Of a stretch of DNA of 64,000 nt, positions 25,636 to 35,476 are shown in pieces. The stretch spans positions 8,773 through 72,772 of the forward strand of contig JALFTB010000018.1 of NCBI GenBank assembly GCA_022779465.1, given 5' to 3'. The notes under the pieces are model-generated. The model saw nothing but the letters and a program-made list of their open reading frames with translations. It was not told the origin of the DNA and did no database searches. Origin of the DNA: a bacterium (GTDB lineage: Bacteria; Bacillota_I; Bacilli_A; RF39; UBA660). A program made the position numbers and the translations under genes. Numbering within the stretch: the stretch's first letter is position 1; every line of letters starts with the position of its first letter.

Positions 25636-27259
25636 AAAATTAGCGGATTTATTATATCCAAATGTAACTGAAACAATAGGGGATTTAGAAAAGAAATATC
25701 CAGAAAGAACTTTGCCTGCAAGTGCTGAAGTGTGTAGATTTGCACCATCTCCAACTGGTAGAATGCATATGGGTAATTTATTTGCTTCTTTTATTCCAGA
25801 AGTTATTGCTCATCAAACTAATGGAGTATTTATTTTAAGAATAGAAGATACTGATGAAAAAAGAGCAATTGAAAATGGAGTTCAACTTATTTTAGATGAT
25901 TTAAAAGCTTATAATTATATAGTAGATGAAGATCCTATTCAAGGTGGGGCATATGGTCCTTATGTACAAACTCAAAGAGCTGATATTTATCATATTGTAG
26001 CTAAGTATTTAGTTTCAATTGGAAGAGCTTATCCTTGCTTTTGTTCAGAAGAAGATTTAGCTTCTATGAGAGAAAAACAAGAGCATAGAAAAGACAGAAT
26101 AGGATATTATGGCAGTTATGCTAAATGTCGTAATTTATCTTATGAAGAAGTTAAAGCTCATATAGATAATGGAGATAAATGGGTTTTAAGATTAAAATCT
26201 ATGGGTAACTTTAATAAGAAGTTTGTATTTAAAGATTTAGTTAAGGGAACAATAGAGTTACCAGAAAATGATATGGATCAAGTTATTGTTAAATCTGATG
26301 GTATTCCTCCATATGCATTTGCTCATGTTTGTGATGATCATTTTATGAGAGTAACTACTGTTACAAGAGATGATTCTTATATTTCTTCTGTTCCTTATCA
26401 TTTAGAATTATGGAATGCTTGTGGATTTAAAGCACCTAAATTTGCTCATTTATTACCATTAAATAAAAAAGATGGAGATACAATTAGAAAGATAAGTAAG
26501 AGAAAAGATCCGGAAGCAGCAGTAGCGTTCTATCATGAAAGAGGAATTCCGGTTGAAGCAATAAAATTATATTTTGCAACTGTAATGAATTCAAATTTTG
26601 AAGGTTGGTTCTTACAAAACCAAGATAAAAGTTATAGAGAATTTACTTTTGCTTTTAATAAAATGAGTACAAGTGGTTCATTATTTGATTTAGAAAAGTT
26701 AATTAATATTTCTAAAAATTATTTAAGTAAACTAAAAGCTAGTGAAGTGTTTAATGGTTTAGATGAATGGTCAAAAGATTTTGATCCTGAATTCAACGAT
26801 TTAATTAATCAATATAAAGAATACACAATTAGTGTTTTAAATATTGAAAGAGAACAAAAGAAGCCAAGAAAAGATTTTGCTGCTTATAATGAAATAAAGG
26901 GTCAAATATGGTATATGTTTGATGAATTATTTACAGATGTTAATTATGAGTTTGGAGAAAATGATTTGAATTCTGTTAAAGAAATCATTAATAAATATAA
27001 AGAAATGTTTGATATTAATGATGATAAGGAAACTTGGTTTAATAAAATTAAGGATTTATCTGAAGAATTAGGATATGCTTCTGATATGAAAGCATATAAA
27101 GAGAATCCTGATAATTATAAAGGTAGTGTAGCTGATGTATCTAATATTATTAGAGTATCTTTAACTACTAAAACTACTACTCCGGATTTATATGAAATAA
27201 TGAAACTTTTAGGTAAAGAAAGAATTTTAAAACGTTTTGAAAATATAGCAAATATGTAA
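25625..27259 (+). CDS. gltX: glutamate--tRNA ligase
   Basis: Class I signature 'RFAPSPTGRMHMGNL' (HIGH variant) and 'KISKRKD' (KMSKS). 'ILRIEDTD' core. Confidence 0.9.
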   Translation: MDYKKLADLLYPNVTETIGDLEKKYPERTLPASAEVCRFAPSPTGRMHMGNLFASFIPEVIAHQTNGVFILRIEDTDEKRAIENGVQLILDDLKAYNYIVDEDPIQGGAYGPYVQTQRADIYHIVAKYLVSIGRAYPCFCSEEDLASMREKQEHRKDRIGYYGSYAKCRNLSYEEVKAHIDNGDKWVLRLKSMGNFNKKFVFKDLVKGTIELPENDMDQVIVKSDGIPPYAFAHVCDDHFMRVTTVTRDDSYISSVPYHLELWNACGFKAPKFAHLLPLNKKDGDTIRKISKRKDPEAAVAFYHERGIPVEAIKLYFATVMNSNFEGWFLQNQDKSYREFTFAFNKMSTSGSLFDLEKLINISKNYLSKLKASEVFNGLDEWSKDFDPEFNDLINQYKEYTISVLNIEREQKKPRKDFAAYNEIKGQIWYMFDELFTDVNYEFGENDLNSVKEIINKYKEMFDINDDKETWFNKIKDLSEELGYASDMKAYKENPDNYKGSVADVSNIIRVSLTTKTTTPDLYEIMKLLGKERILKRFENIANM

Positions 27260-27264
27260 AGTAT

Positions 27265-27293
27265 TTGCTTTTTTTTGCGTTTTGTGGTATAGT
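27265..27293 (+). promoter_or_regulatory. promoter TTGCTT-N17-TATAGT with TGG extended -10
   Basis: TTGCTT at 27265-27270, TG at 27285-27286, TATAGT at 27288-27293. Upstream of the sigma-factor gene. Confidence 0.55.
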
Positions 27294-27323
27294 AACACGC
27301 AATAAAAAAGGGGGGGTTGAATA

Positions 27324-27971
27324 ATGTCAAGAGTGAATACTTTGTCTTCAGCCAAAAATAGAGAATTATTTACAAAACTTAAAAACGGTGATACCAGTGT
27401 AAGAGAAACTATTATAAAAGGAAATATTAATCTTGTTTATTATACTTTTTCTAGATATTTTAAAAATCTTGAAGTAAAAGAATATGAAGATTTGGGATTA
27501 ATCGGTTTAATTAAAGCTGTGGACAGCTATGATGTCGAAAAAAATGCTGATTTTGCAACTTTTTCCATTATTTGTATTAAAAATGAAATTTTAGGTGAAT
27601 TAAAAAAAATTAGTAAAACTAAAGGAGATGTTAGTTTATACGATGGTATACCATGGTTAATTGAAGATGATGAAGATATGCAACTTATTAATTGTATACC
27701 TGATTCAAAAGATTTGATAGATGATTTTATCTCTTCAGTATCTTATGAGAAAATTACTAGTGAATTATTTGCAACTCTAACTGATAAAGAAAAGGAACTT
27801 TTAAAATTATTTTTTGGATTTTATGAAAAAAAGTATACTCAGAAAGAAATCGCAAGTATTTATGGCGTACATCAATCGCAAATTAGTAGAACAATTACTA
27901 GAATTTGTTATAAATTAAAAGAAGTGGCATTAAGTAACTGCCCTGAAATTAAAAATGACTTTGAAATATAA
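27324..27971 (+). CDS. sigma-70 family RNA polymerase sigma factor (group 3-like)
   Basis: Region 2 'DLGLIGLIKAVDSYDVEKNADFATFSIICIKNEILGELKK'. Region 4 HTH 'TQKEIASIYGVHQSQISRTITRICYKLKE'. Confidence 0.8.
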   Translation: MSRVNTLSSAKNRELFTKLKNGDTSVRETIIKGNINLVYYTFSRYFKNLEVKEYEDLGLIGLIKAVDSYDVEKNADFATFSIICIKNEILGELKKISKTKGDVSLYDGIPWLIEDDEDMQLINCIPDSKDLIDDFISSVSYEKITSELFATLTDKEKELLKLFFGFYEKKYTQKEIASIYGVHQSQISRTITRICYKLKEVALSNCPEIKNDFEI

Positions 27972-28001
27972 GTCATTTTTGCTTTATTTAGTAGTTTTTT
28001 A

Positions 28002-28030
28002 TTGACTTTTAAGGTGGTTTCACATATAAT
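28002..28030 (+). promoter_or_regulatory. rplM-rpsI promoter TTGACT-N17-TATAAT
   Basis: TTGACT at 28002-28007 and TATAAT at 28025-28030. Leaves a leader of about 75 nt. Confidence 0.65.
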
Positions 28031-28112
28031 TCATATTGGTACATTTTTATTTGTTCGAATCTGGATGAAATGGGTAATCGGAAGGAAGAGAATAAAATGA
28101 AAGGATTTATTT

Positions 28113-28544
28113 ATGAAAACATTTATGCAAACAAAAGAAACTGTTGATCGTAAGTGGTATGTAATTGATGCTGAAAATTTACCTTTAGGACGTGTAGCTA
28201 CTAAAGCTGCAACTGTTTTAAGAGGAAAACATAAAGCAACTTTTACACCTCATATTGATTGTGGAGATTATGTTATTATCATTAATGCTGATAAAGTTAA
28301 ATTAACTGGAAACAAAGTAAATGATAAAATGTATTATAATCATTCTGGATTCCCAGGAGGATTAAGAGAACGTAACGCTAAGACTATGTTAGAAAAGTAC
28401 CCTGAAGAAATGGTAGAAAGAGCTATTAAAGGAATGTTACCTAATGGACCTTTAGGAAGACAAATGTATAGAAAATTATTTGTTTATGCTGGTAGCGAAC
28501 ATAACCATGCAGCTCAAAAACCAACAGAGTTAAAGATTGATTAG
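28113..28544 (+). CDS. rplM: 50S ribosomal protein L13
   Basis: '[47 protein letters not shown]' is a typical L13 N-terminus. Confidence 0.97.
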   Translation: MKTFMQTKETVDRKWYVIDAENLPLGRVATKAATVLRGKHKATFTPHIDCGDYVIIINADKVKLTGNKVNDKMYYNHSGFPGGLRERNAKTMLEKYPEEMVERAIKGMLPNGPLGRQMYRKLFVYAGSEHNHAAQKPTELKID

Positions 28545-28555
28545 GAGGATAACTA

Positions 28556-28972
28556 ATGAAGAAAACTGAAATTACTGCTACTGGTAGAAGAAAACGTTCT
28601 GTTGCTCAAATCAGAATGGTTACTGGTAAAGGAAAAATTACTGTTAATGGAAAAGATGTAAATGAATACATGCCATTTCCTACATTAGTAATGGATTTAA
28701 AACAACCTTTAGTTTTAACTAATAATGAAAATACTTTTGATATTACTGTTAAAGTTAATGGTGGTGGATTCTCAGGTCAAGCTGGTGCTATCAGATTAGC
28801 TATTGCTAAAGCTTTAGTTGAATATGATGCTGGTACTGATCAAACTAGAGATGATGCTTATCATAAAGTATTAAAAGTAAATGGATTTTTAACTCGTGAT
28901 CCACGTGTTAAAGAACGTAAAAAATATGGTCTTAAAAAAGCTCGTAGAGCACCACAATTCTCAAAACGTTAA
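28556..28972 (+). CDS. rpsI: 30S ribosomal protein S9
   Basis: 'GTGRRKRSVAQIRM', 'GGGFSGQAGAIRLAIAKAL' and the C-terminal 'KKARRAPQFSKR'. Confidence 0.97.
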   Translation: MKKTEITATGRRKRSVAQIRMVTGKGKITVNGKDVNEYMPFPTLVMDLKQPLVLTNNENTFDITVKVNGGGFSGQAGAIRLAIAKALVEYDAGTDQTRDDAYHKVLKVNGFLTRDPRVKERKKYGLKKARRAPQFSKR

Positions 28973-28990
28973 TTTTTTCAAATGTTGCCA

Positions 28991-29023
28991 ATCCCAAAAG
29001 ATATTCTTTTGGGATTTCTTTTG
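28991..29023 (+). terminator. rho-independent terminator after rpsI
   Basis: ATCCCAAAAG-ATATT-CTTTTGGGAT hairpin followed by a T-rich tail. Confidence 0.8.
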
Positions 29024-29095
29024 TTTATAAGACAATTTTTTTACTTGCTTTATATAGTTAAATAATGTAAACTATTCTATGATTTGGAGGTCTAT

Positions 29096-30424
29096 ATGGA
29101 TAATGTTAATGAATTTATTAAATTACTTAATATTAGTGAAGATGAATATGTAGTTTTAGCCTGTTCATATGGTCCTGATTCAATGTGTTTACTTGATATA
29201 TTAATTAAAAATGGAATTAATGTTATAGTTGCACATGTAAATCATAAATTGAGAGAAGAATCTGATCAAGAATATGTTGATTTAGAAGAGTATTGTCATA
29301 AAAATAATATTATATTTGAAGGAAGTATTATTGATAAATATCCTAAAGGAAATATTGAAGCATATGGCAGAAGTTTTAGATATAATTTTTTTGAAAGTAT
29401 TGTAAAAAAGTATAAATCTAAATATTTATTTACTGCTCATCATGGTGATGATTTAATTGAAACTATTTTAATGAGAATAGCAAGAGGTGCATCTTTAAGA
29501 GGATATGCTGGTTTTAAAAAAATTACAAAGCTAGATAGTTATAATTTAGTTAGACCATTAGTATATTTAACTAAAGAAGATATTTTAAATTATGTTGATA
29601 AATTAGATATTCCATATGCGATAGATAATACTAATTTAGAATTAATTCATACAAGAAATGTTTATAGACATAAAATATTACCTGTTTTAAAAGAAATTAA
29701 TCCAAAAATTCACATGAAATTCATTAAATTTAGTGATACTATTAATGAATGCAATGATTATTTAGAAAATGAAATAGATATACTTTTAGATGAATTATAT
29801 AAAAATAATCGATTGGATTTAAATGAATTTAATTTATTGCCTTACTTGTTAAAAAAATATTTATTAAATAGAATATTACTTTCAATATATAACAATAATA
29901 TTAATAGGATTACTGATGAACATATTAATTTAATATTTAATTTAATTGATGGTGATAAAGTAAATGGTAGTATTAATTTACCTTGTAATTATGTTGTTAC
30001 TAAATATTATAATATTTTGGAATTTAAAGTGCGTGATGATGTAAGTGATTATGATTATATTTTAGATGATAAGTTAAATATTAATGAGGGATTAATTACT
30101 TTTATAGATGAAACTGATATTAAGAAGAGTAATTATTTGATTAGGTTAAGTAGTAATGATATAAAGATGCCTCTTCATGTTAGAAATAGAAGAGTTGGTG
30201 ATAAGATTACTTTGAAGAAGGTTGGAACTAAAAAAGTTGGCGAAATTTTAAGTGAAAGTAAGATTCCTAGTGATGTGAGAAAAAGTATGCCAATTGTAAC
30301 TGATGATAATGGTAAAATTTTATGGATTCCAGGCGTAAAGAAGAGTAATTTTGATAAACAATATGATGAAGAATATGATATAATAATTAAGTACATTAAA
30401 AAGGAGAACGAAGATGAAAAATAA
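29096..30424 (+). CDS. tilS: tRNA(Ile)-lysidine synthase
   Basis: PP-loop 'VLACSYGPDSMCL' (SGGxDS variant), 'AHVNHKLREESD' and 'TAHHGDDLIETILMRIARG'. C-terminal 'RRVGDKI' region. GGAGG before ATG 29096. Confidence 0.9.
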   Translation: MDNVNEFIKLLNISEDEYVVLACSYGPDSMCLLDILIKNGINVIVAHVNHKLREESDQEYVDLEEYCHKNNIIFEGSIIDKYPKGNIEAYGRSFRYNFFESIVKKYKSKYLFTAHHGDDLIETILMRIARGASLRGYAGFKKITKLDSYNLVRPLVYLTKEDILNYVDKLDIPYAIDNTNLELIHTRNVYRHKILPVLKEINPKIHMKFIKFSDTINECNDYLENEIDILLDELYKNNRLDLNEFNLLPYLLKKYLLNRILLSIYNNNINRITDEHINLIFNLIDGDKVNGSINLPCNYVVTKYYNILEFKVRDDVSDYDYILDDKLNINEGLITFIDETDIKKSNYLIRLSSNDIKMPLHVRNRRVGDKITLKKVGTKKVGEILSESKIPSDVRKSMPIVTDDNGKILWIPGVKKSNFDKQYDEEYDIIIKYIKKENEDEK

Positions 30425-32330
30425 AAATAATTATGCAAAACAATCAATGCCATATGTAATTTTATTATTAGTTATTGTTGGCTCATTGGTGTTTTTTAGA
30501 TTATCTCAATATGAGGTTCATGACTTAAGTTATGATAAATTTATGACTGAACTACAAAATGGTGAGGTTAAAAAAATAGAAATAACTCCTAAAAATGGTG
30601 CAGGAGTGTATTATATTACTGGTAGTTTAGATGGTTATAAGTCGACTGAAACTTTTACTGTTAATATTCCTTTAAGTGAAGGTGTATTAGACAAAGTAAT
30701 GAAATATGTTGATGAAGATAATATTGAAGTTAAAACTAATACTAATCCAGAAAACAATGGTTTATTAACTGTTGTAGTTAATGTTGTTCCAATTGTTTTA
30801 CTTGGAATAATGGCATTATGGTTATTTTCAAGAATTAATGGAAGTAATAAAAATAGTATGGATTTTGGTAGAAGTAAAGCTAAACTTAATGAAGAAGCTA
30901 AGGCTCATTTTAAAGATGTGGCTGGTTTAGTTGAAGAAAAAGAAGAAGTTGCTGAATTAATTGACTTCTTAAAGAATCCTAAAAAGTTCCAAAAATTAGG
31001 TGCTAGAATTCCTAAAGGTGTTTTGCTTGTAGGGCCTCCAGGAACTGGTAAAACTTTACTTGCTAAAGCTGTAGCTGGTGAAGCTAATGTACCATTTTAT
31101 TATATAAGTGGTTCTGATTTTGTAGAATTATTTGTTGGTGTAGGTGCTTCAAGAGTTCGTGATATGTTTAAACAAGCTAAACAATCTGCACCATGTTTAA
31201 TATTTATTGATGAAATTGATGCAGTTGGTCGTCAAAGAGGTACTGGTTTAGGTGGTGGACATGATGAAAGAGAACAAACATTAAACCAATTACTTACTGA
31301 AATGGATGGCTTTGGTGCTAATGAGGGTATTATAATTATTGCTGCAACAAATAGACCTGATGTTTTAGATCCAGCTTTACTTAGACCTGGTAGATTTGAT
31401 AGACAAGTTACAGTTAGTTTACCTGACCAAAAAGAACGTGTGGAAATATTAAAGGTTCATGCACGTAATAAGACTTTTACTAAAGATGTTAATTTAGAAA
31501 ATTTATCTAAGAGAACTCCTGGATTTAGTGGAGCTGATTTAGAAAATTTACTTAATGAAGCAGCACTACTTGCTGTTAGAAGAAATTTATCTGCTATTGG
31601 AATGGCGGAAATTGATGAAGCTACTGACCGTGTATTAATGGGACCTGCTAAAACTTCTAGAAGATATACAGAAAATGATCGTAAGTTAGTTGCTTATCAT
31701 GAAGCAGGGCATGCAGTTATTGGCTTAAAACTTGCACATGCTAATGATGTTCAAAAAGTAACTATTATTCCTAGGGGTGCAGCCGGTGGATATAACATGA
31801 TGGTTCCTAGTGAAGAAAAGATTTGTTCTACTAAGACTGATTTATTAGAAGAAATTACTGGTTTATTAGGTGGTAGATCTGCTGAAGAAATCGTTTTTGG
31901 AGAAATTACTACTGGTGCTCATAATGACTTTGAAAAAGCTACTAAAATAGCTAGAGCTATGGTAACTGAATATGGTATGAGTGAACTTGGACCTCTACAA
32001 TTAGAGCAACAAGAAGGTAGTGTATTCTTAGGAAGAGATTATAATAAGTCACAACATTTCTCTAATGAAGTAGCGAATGAAATTGATATGGAAATGAGAA
32101 AGATTATTAATACTTGTCATGATAATGCTAAAAAGATTATTAATGATAATAAGAAATTATTGACTTTAATTGCTGAAGCTTTATTAGAAAAAGAAACATT
32201 AACTAAAGAAGAAATTGATTATTTAGTTGAAAATGGAAAACTTCCAGAAGAACCAAAAGAAGAAGTCAAGGAAGAAAATCCTAAAAAAGAAACTAAAAAA
32301 GTAAATATAAATAAAAAAGATTCTGAATAA
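30414..32330 (+). CDS. ftsH: ATP-dependent zinc metalloprotease FtsH
   Basis: '[18 protein letters not shown]', '[11 protein letters not shown]', the SRH '[20 protein letters not shown]' and zinc site 'HEAGHA'. Confidence 0.97.
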   Translation: MKNKNNYAKQSMPYVILLLVIVGSLVFFRLSQYEVHDLSYDKFMTELQNGEVKKIEITPKNGAGVYYITGSLDGYKSTETFTVNIPLSEGVLDKVMKYVDEDNIEVKTNTNPENNGLLTVVVNVVPIVLLGIMALWLFSRINGSNKNSMDFGRSKAKLNEEAKAHFKDVAGLVEEKEEVAELIDFLKNPKKFQKLGARIPKGVLLVGPPGTGKTLLAKAVAGEANVPFYYISGSDFVELFVGVGASRVRDMFKQAKQSAPCLIFIDEIDAVGRQRGTGLGGGHDEREQTLNQLLTEMDGFGANEGIIIIAATNRPDVLDPALLRPGRFDRQVTVSLPDQKERVEILKVHARNKTFTKDVNLENLSKRTPGFSGADLENLLNEAALLAVRRNLSAIGMAEIDEATDRVLMGPAKTSRRYTENDRKLVAYHEAGHAVIGLKLAHANDVQKVTIIPRGAAGGYNMMVPSEEKICSTKTDLLEEITGLLGGRSAEEIVFGEITTGAHNDFEKATKIARAMVTEYGMSELGPLQLEQQEGSVFLGRDYNKSQHFSNEVANEIDMEMRKIINTCHDNAKKIINDNKKLLTLIAEALLEKETLTKEEIDYLVENGKLPEEPKEEVKEENPKKETKKVNINKKDSE

Positions 32331-32345
32331 GAATCTTTTTATTTG
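32316..32345. terminator. bidirectional hairpin between ftsH and the convergent small gene
   Basis: AAAGATTC-TGAATAA-GAATCTTT hairpin flanked by A- and T-runs. Confidence 0.5.
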
Positions 32346-32623
32346 CTTTTTAATGAACTGATATTTAATTTGATAAAACCAATACAAGTACCTATTATTA
32401 AAATAAATGGAATAGATATTAGTGATGTTGTAATCCAGAATTTATTTTCTTCCATATCTATCTGATTATATATATTTTCTCTAACAAAATTCATTACATT
32501 GGGATTAAGTAATAATAAAATTACAATGCATATACATAGGGTTTTAAATAATGATACTAACACTATTTCTTTTCCACTTTTTTCACTTACGTATTCTTTT
32601 TTTAGTAAACTATTCTTTTTCAT
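32339..32623 (-). CDS. hypothetical small membrane protein
   Basis: Two hydrophobic spans. GGAGAGG-like RBS upstream on the minus strand. Confidence 0.55.
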   Translation of the reverse strand: MKKNSLLKKEYVSEKSGKEIVLVSLFKTLCICIVILLLLNPNVMNFVRENIYNQIDMEENKFWITTSLISIPFILIIGTCIGFIKLNISSLKSK

Positions 32624-32811
32624 AAACCTCTCCTTACTAAGTTTATTATATCATAATTTTGAGTAATGGCTATTTTTATTTTATAATGATTCTTTTTGTG
32701 ATAAAATTATGTTTGTCTAAATAGTAAATAAGGTAGAATTGAAAATACTTTTTTTTAGACAATTATATTTATATATGATAAAATATTTAGTAGTAGAAAG
32801 CAGTGGTTAAA

Positions 32812-33600
32812 ATGACAAAAGTAATTTCTTTAGTAAATCAAAAGGGTGGAGTTGGTAAAACAACAACTAGTATTAATCTAGCTGCTTCTTTAGGTAAATT
32901 AGGTAAAAAATCTTTATTAGTAGACTTAGATCCTCAGGGTAATTGTACTACAGGATTAGGTGTTAATAAGGGTAATATTAAGTATAGTATTTATGATGTT
33001 TTAAATGGAACAGTTGAAGCTAAAAAAGCTATTGTTAAAACTGGTTTTACTTTATTATCTATTATTCCAGCAACTATTAACTTAGCTGGATTAGATATTG
33101 AATTATTAGAAAAAGGTTATCAAAATGCTGCTTTTAAGAAAAATGAACAATTAAGAAATGCACTTGAACCTATTAAGGATAATTATGACTTTATTATTAT
33201 AGATTGTCCCCCTTCTTTAGGATTATTAACTACTAATGCTTTAGTTGCTAGTGATTCTGTTATAATTCCAGTACAATGTGAATTCTTTGCTTTAGAAGGT
33301 ATTACTCAATTATTAAATACTATAATTATGACTCAAACTAGATTAAATCCTAATTTAAAGATAGAAGGAGTTTTATTAACTTTATTAGATTCAAGAACTA
33401 ATCTAGGGTTAGAAGTTGTTGAAGAAGTAAGAAAGTTCTTTAAGGATAAAGTATTTAATACTATTATTCCTAGATTAATAAGATTAGTAGAAGCACCAAG
33501 TCATGGTGAACCTATAAATGAATATGATCCGACAAGTCGTGCAGCTGAGGCTTATATGAATCTAGCCAAGGAGGTTATAGATAGAGATGGAAACGAATAA
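32812..33600 (+). CDS. parA: chromosome partitioning ATPase ParA/Soj
   Basis: Deviant Walker A 'NQKGGVGKTTT', 'IIIDCPPSLG'. Followed by parB. Confidence 0.93.
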   Translation: MTKVISLVNQKGGVGKTTTSINLAASLGKLGKKSLLVDLDPQGNCTTGLGVNKGNIKYSIYDVLNGTVEAKKAIVKTGFTLLSIIPATINLAGLDIELLEKGYQNAAFKKNEQLRNALEPIKDNYDFIIIDCPPSLGLLTTNALVASDSVIIPVQCEFFALEGITQLLNTIIMTQTRLNPNLKIEGVLLTLLDSRTNLGLEVVEEVRKFFKDKVFNTIIPRLIRLVEAPSHGEPINEYDPTSRAAEAYMNLAKEVIDRDGNE

Positions 33601-34483
33601 CAAAAGAAAAGCATTAGGAAAGGGTTTAGAACAATTATTTAATAGTGAACAATTAAATTTTGAAACTTTTGAACAAGAAATAGTTGATAATACTCCTCAT
33701 GGAGATATTATGGAAATTCCAATTAGTGAGATTAGAAGTAATCCATATCAACCAAGGGTTCATTTTGATCCGCTTGCTTTACAAGAATTAGCTGAATCTA
33801 TAAAGCAACATGGGGTACTTGAACCAATTATTGTTAAAAAGAGTATTCATGGTTATGAATTAGTTGCTGGTGAAAGAAGAACTAAAGCTTCTAAGATTGC
33901 AGGTAAGGAAACTATTCCTGCTATTGTAAAAGATTTTAGTGATCAAGAAATGATGGATATTGCTATTTTAGAAAATATTCAAAGAGAAGATTTATCACCA
34001 ATTGAATTAGCTGAAGGATTTCAAAAGTATATTAATTCTACTGGTTTAACTCAAGAAGAAATGGCTGTTAAGTTTGGTAAAAGTAGAAGTTATATTACTA
34101 ATCTTTTAGGTTTATTAAATTTACCTAAGAGTGTTAGAGATAAGATTACTAGTAAAGAGTTAAGTGCTTCTCATGCTAGAGTATTATCTAAGCTAGATGA
34201 TGAAGAATTAATTAATGCTTTAGCTAATAGAGTAATTAGAGAAGATTTATCTGTTAGAGAACTAGAAAATTTATGTAGAGAAGAAACGATTGTTAAAAAG
34301 AAACCTATTAATAGAACAGTTAAAATTAGACCTTTAAAATATAATGCTTATGAAAATATTTTAAGAGATAAACTAGGATGTAAGGCTCAAGTTATGAAAG
34401 ATAAGGTTATAATACCTTTTGATAGTGATGGCGATTTAGCTAGAATATTCGAAGTTTTAAATATAGAATTGGATGAGGAATAA
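33587..34483 (+). CDS. parB: chromosome partitioning protein ParB/Spo0J
   Basis: 'NPYQPRVHFD', 'HGVLEPIIV', 'LVAGERRTKASKIAG', and the HTH 'TQEEMAVKFGKSRSYITNLLGLLNLP'. Confidence 0.93.
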   Translation: METNNKRKALGKGLEQLFNSEQLNFETFEQEIVDNTPHGDIMEIPISEIRSNPYQPRVHFDPLALQELAESIKQHGVLEPIIVKKSIHGYELVAGERRTKASKIAGKETIPAIVKDFSDQEMMDIAILENIQREDLSPIELAEGFQKYINSTGLTQEEMAVKFGKSRSYITNLLGLLNLPKSVRDKITSKELSASHARVLSKLDDEELINALANRVIREDLSVRELENLCREETIVKKKPINRTVKIRPLKYNAYENILRDKLGCKAQVMKDKVIIPFDSDGDLARIFEVLNIELDEE

Positions 34484-35301
34484 TGGAGGCTTTAGATAAG
34501 ATTATTTTGTTTATTAAATCTGTTAAATTTTATGGACCAATAATAACTGTTGCTGGCTGTATTATTCTATATAATTTTATTATTGGATTACTTGATAAAG
34601 CGGTTATTGTTGGTAAGACTGATTACGATAAGAAAAAGAGAAGAACTATTATTATTCTTTTTAAAAATATTATTAAATATGTAATGCTTATTTTAGGTTT
34701 ATTAATTATTTTAAATATTTATGGGGTTGATACTACTTCAATTATTGCTGGTTTAGGTGTTGTAGGAGTTGTTATTGGTTTAGCACTTCAAGATGCTTTA
34801 AAAGATATAATTGGTGGTATTAATATCATTATGGATAATTATTATGTTGTAGGTGATTTAGTAACTTTTAATAGTTTTACTGGTACTGTTTCTGAGTTTG
34901 GTTTAAAAAGTACAAAAATTATTAATGCCAATGGGGAAACTTTAATTGTAGCTAATCGTAATATTGATAAGATTATTAATTTAAGTCAAAAGAAGGTTAC
35001 TATGTATTTACAAATACCTACGGCTTATGAATGTAATGAAAAAGATGTGGAAAAGGTGTTAGTTGGAGCGCTTGATAAAGTTAAAAAACTTGATGATGTT
35101 GTTCCTTCTGAATGTAAATATTTAGGGATTGATCAATTGGCTGATTCAAGTGTTAATTATTTAATTCAAGTTAAATGTAGTCAAGGAAAACAATTTGCTG
35201 TGAAAAGAGCAGTACTTGGTATTGTTAAAGAAGCTTATGATAATAATGATATTAAGATTCCTTATAATCAATTAGAGGTGCATAATGGAAAAGATATATA
35301 A
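34483..35301 (+). CDS. small-conductance mechanosensitive channel (MscS family)
   Basis: Three TM spans, then 'VGDLVTFNSFTGTVSEFGLKSTKIINANGETLIVANRNI', the MscS beta-domain signature. Confidence 0.85.
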   Translation: MEALDKIILFIKSVKFYGPIITVAGCIILYNFIIGLLDKAVIVGKTDYDKKKRRTIIILFKNIIKYVMLILGLLIILNIYGVDTTSIIAGLGVVGVVIGLALQDALKDIIGGINIIMDNYYVVGDLVTFNSFTGTVSEFGLKSTKIINANGETLIVANRNIDKIINLSQKKVTMYLQIPTAYECNEKDVEKVLVGALDKVKKLDDVVPSECKYLGIDQLADSSVNYLIQVKCSQGKQFAVKRAVLGIVKEAYDNNDIKIPYNQLEVHNGKDI

Positions 35302-35476
35302 TTTAGGAACTAAAGTTGTTATGAAGAAACCTCATGCATGTGGAACTAATGAATGGGTAATTACTAGGGTTGGCGTTGATATTAAACTTAAATGTATTAA
35401 TTGTAATAGAGAAATTATGATGGATAGATTAGAGTTTGAAAAAAAATTAAGGAGAATTATTAATGAAAAGGATTAG
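35285..35476 (+). CDS. DUF951-family small protein (YyzM-like)
   Basis: 'MKKPHACGTNEWVITRVGVDIKLKCINCNREIMMDR'. CxxC-type small protein in the conserved position downstream of parB. Confidence 0.75.
   Translation: MEKIYNLGTKVVMKKPHACGTNEWVITRVGVDIKLKCINCNREIMMDRLEFEKKLRRIINEKD

Noticed and set aside
32624-32802. Possible oriC, DnaA boxes or parS near parA-parB and tilS-ftsH (origin-proximal genes in Bacillus).
   Set aside because: By eye I found no TTATCCACA-type box cluster and no TGTTNCACGTGAAACA-like parS in this gap or in parB. The gap looks like an ordinary promoter region (TAGACA-N14-TGATAAAAT). A pattern search would be needed to exclude degenerate sites.
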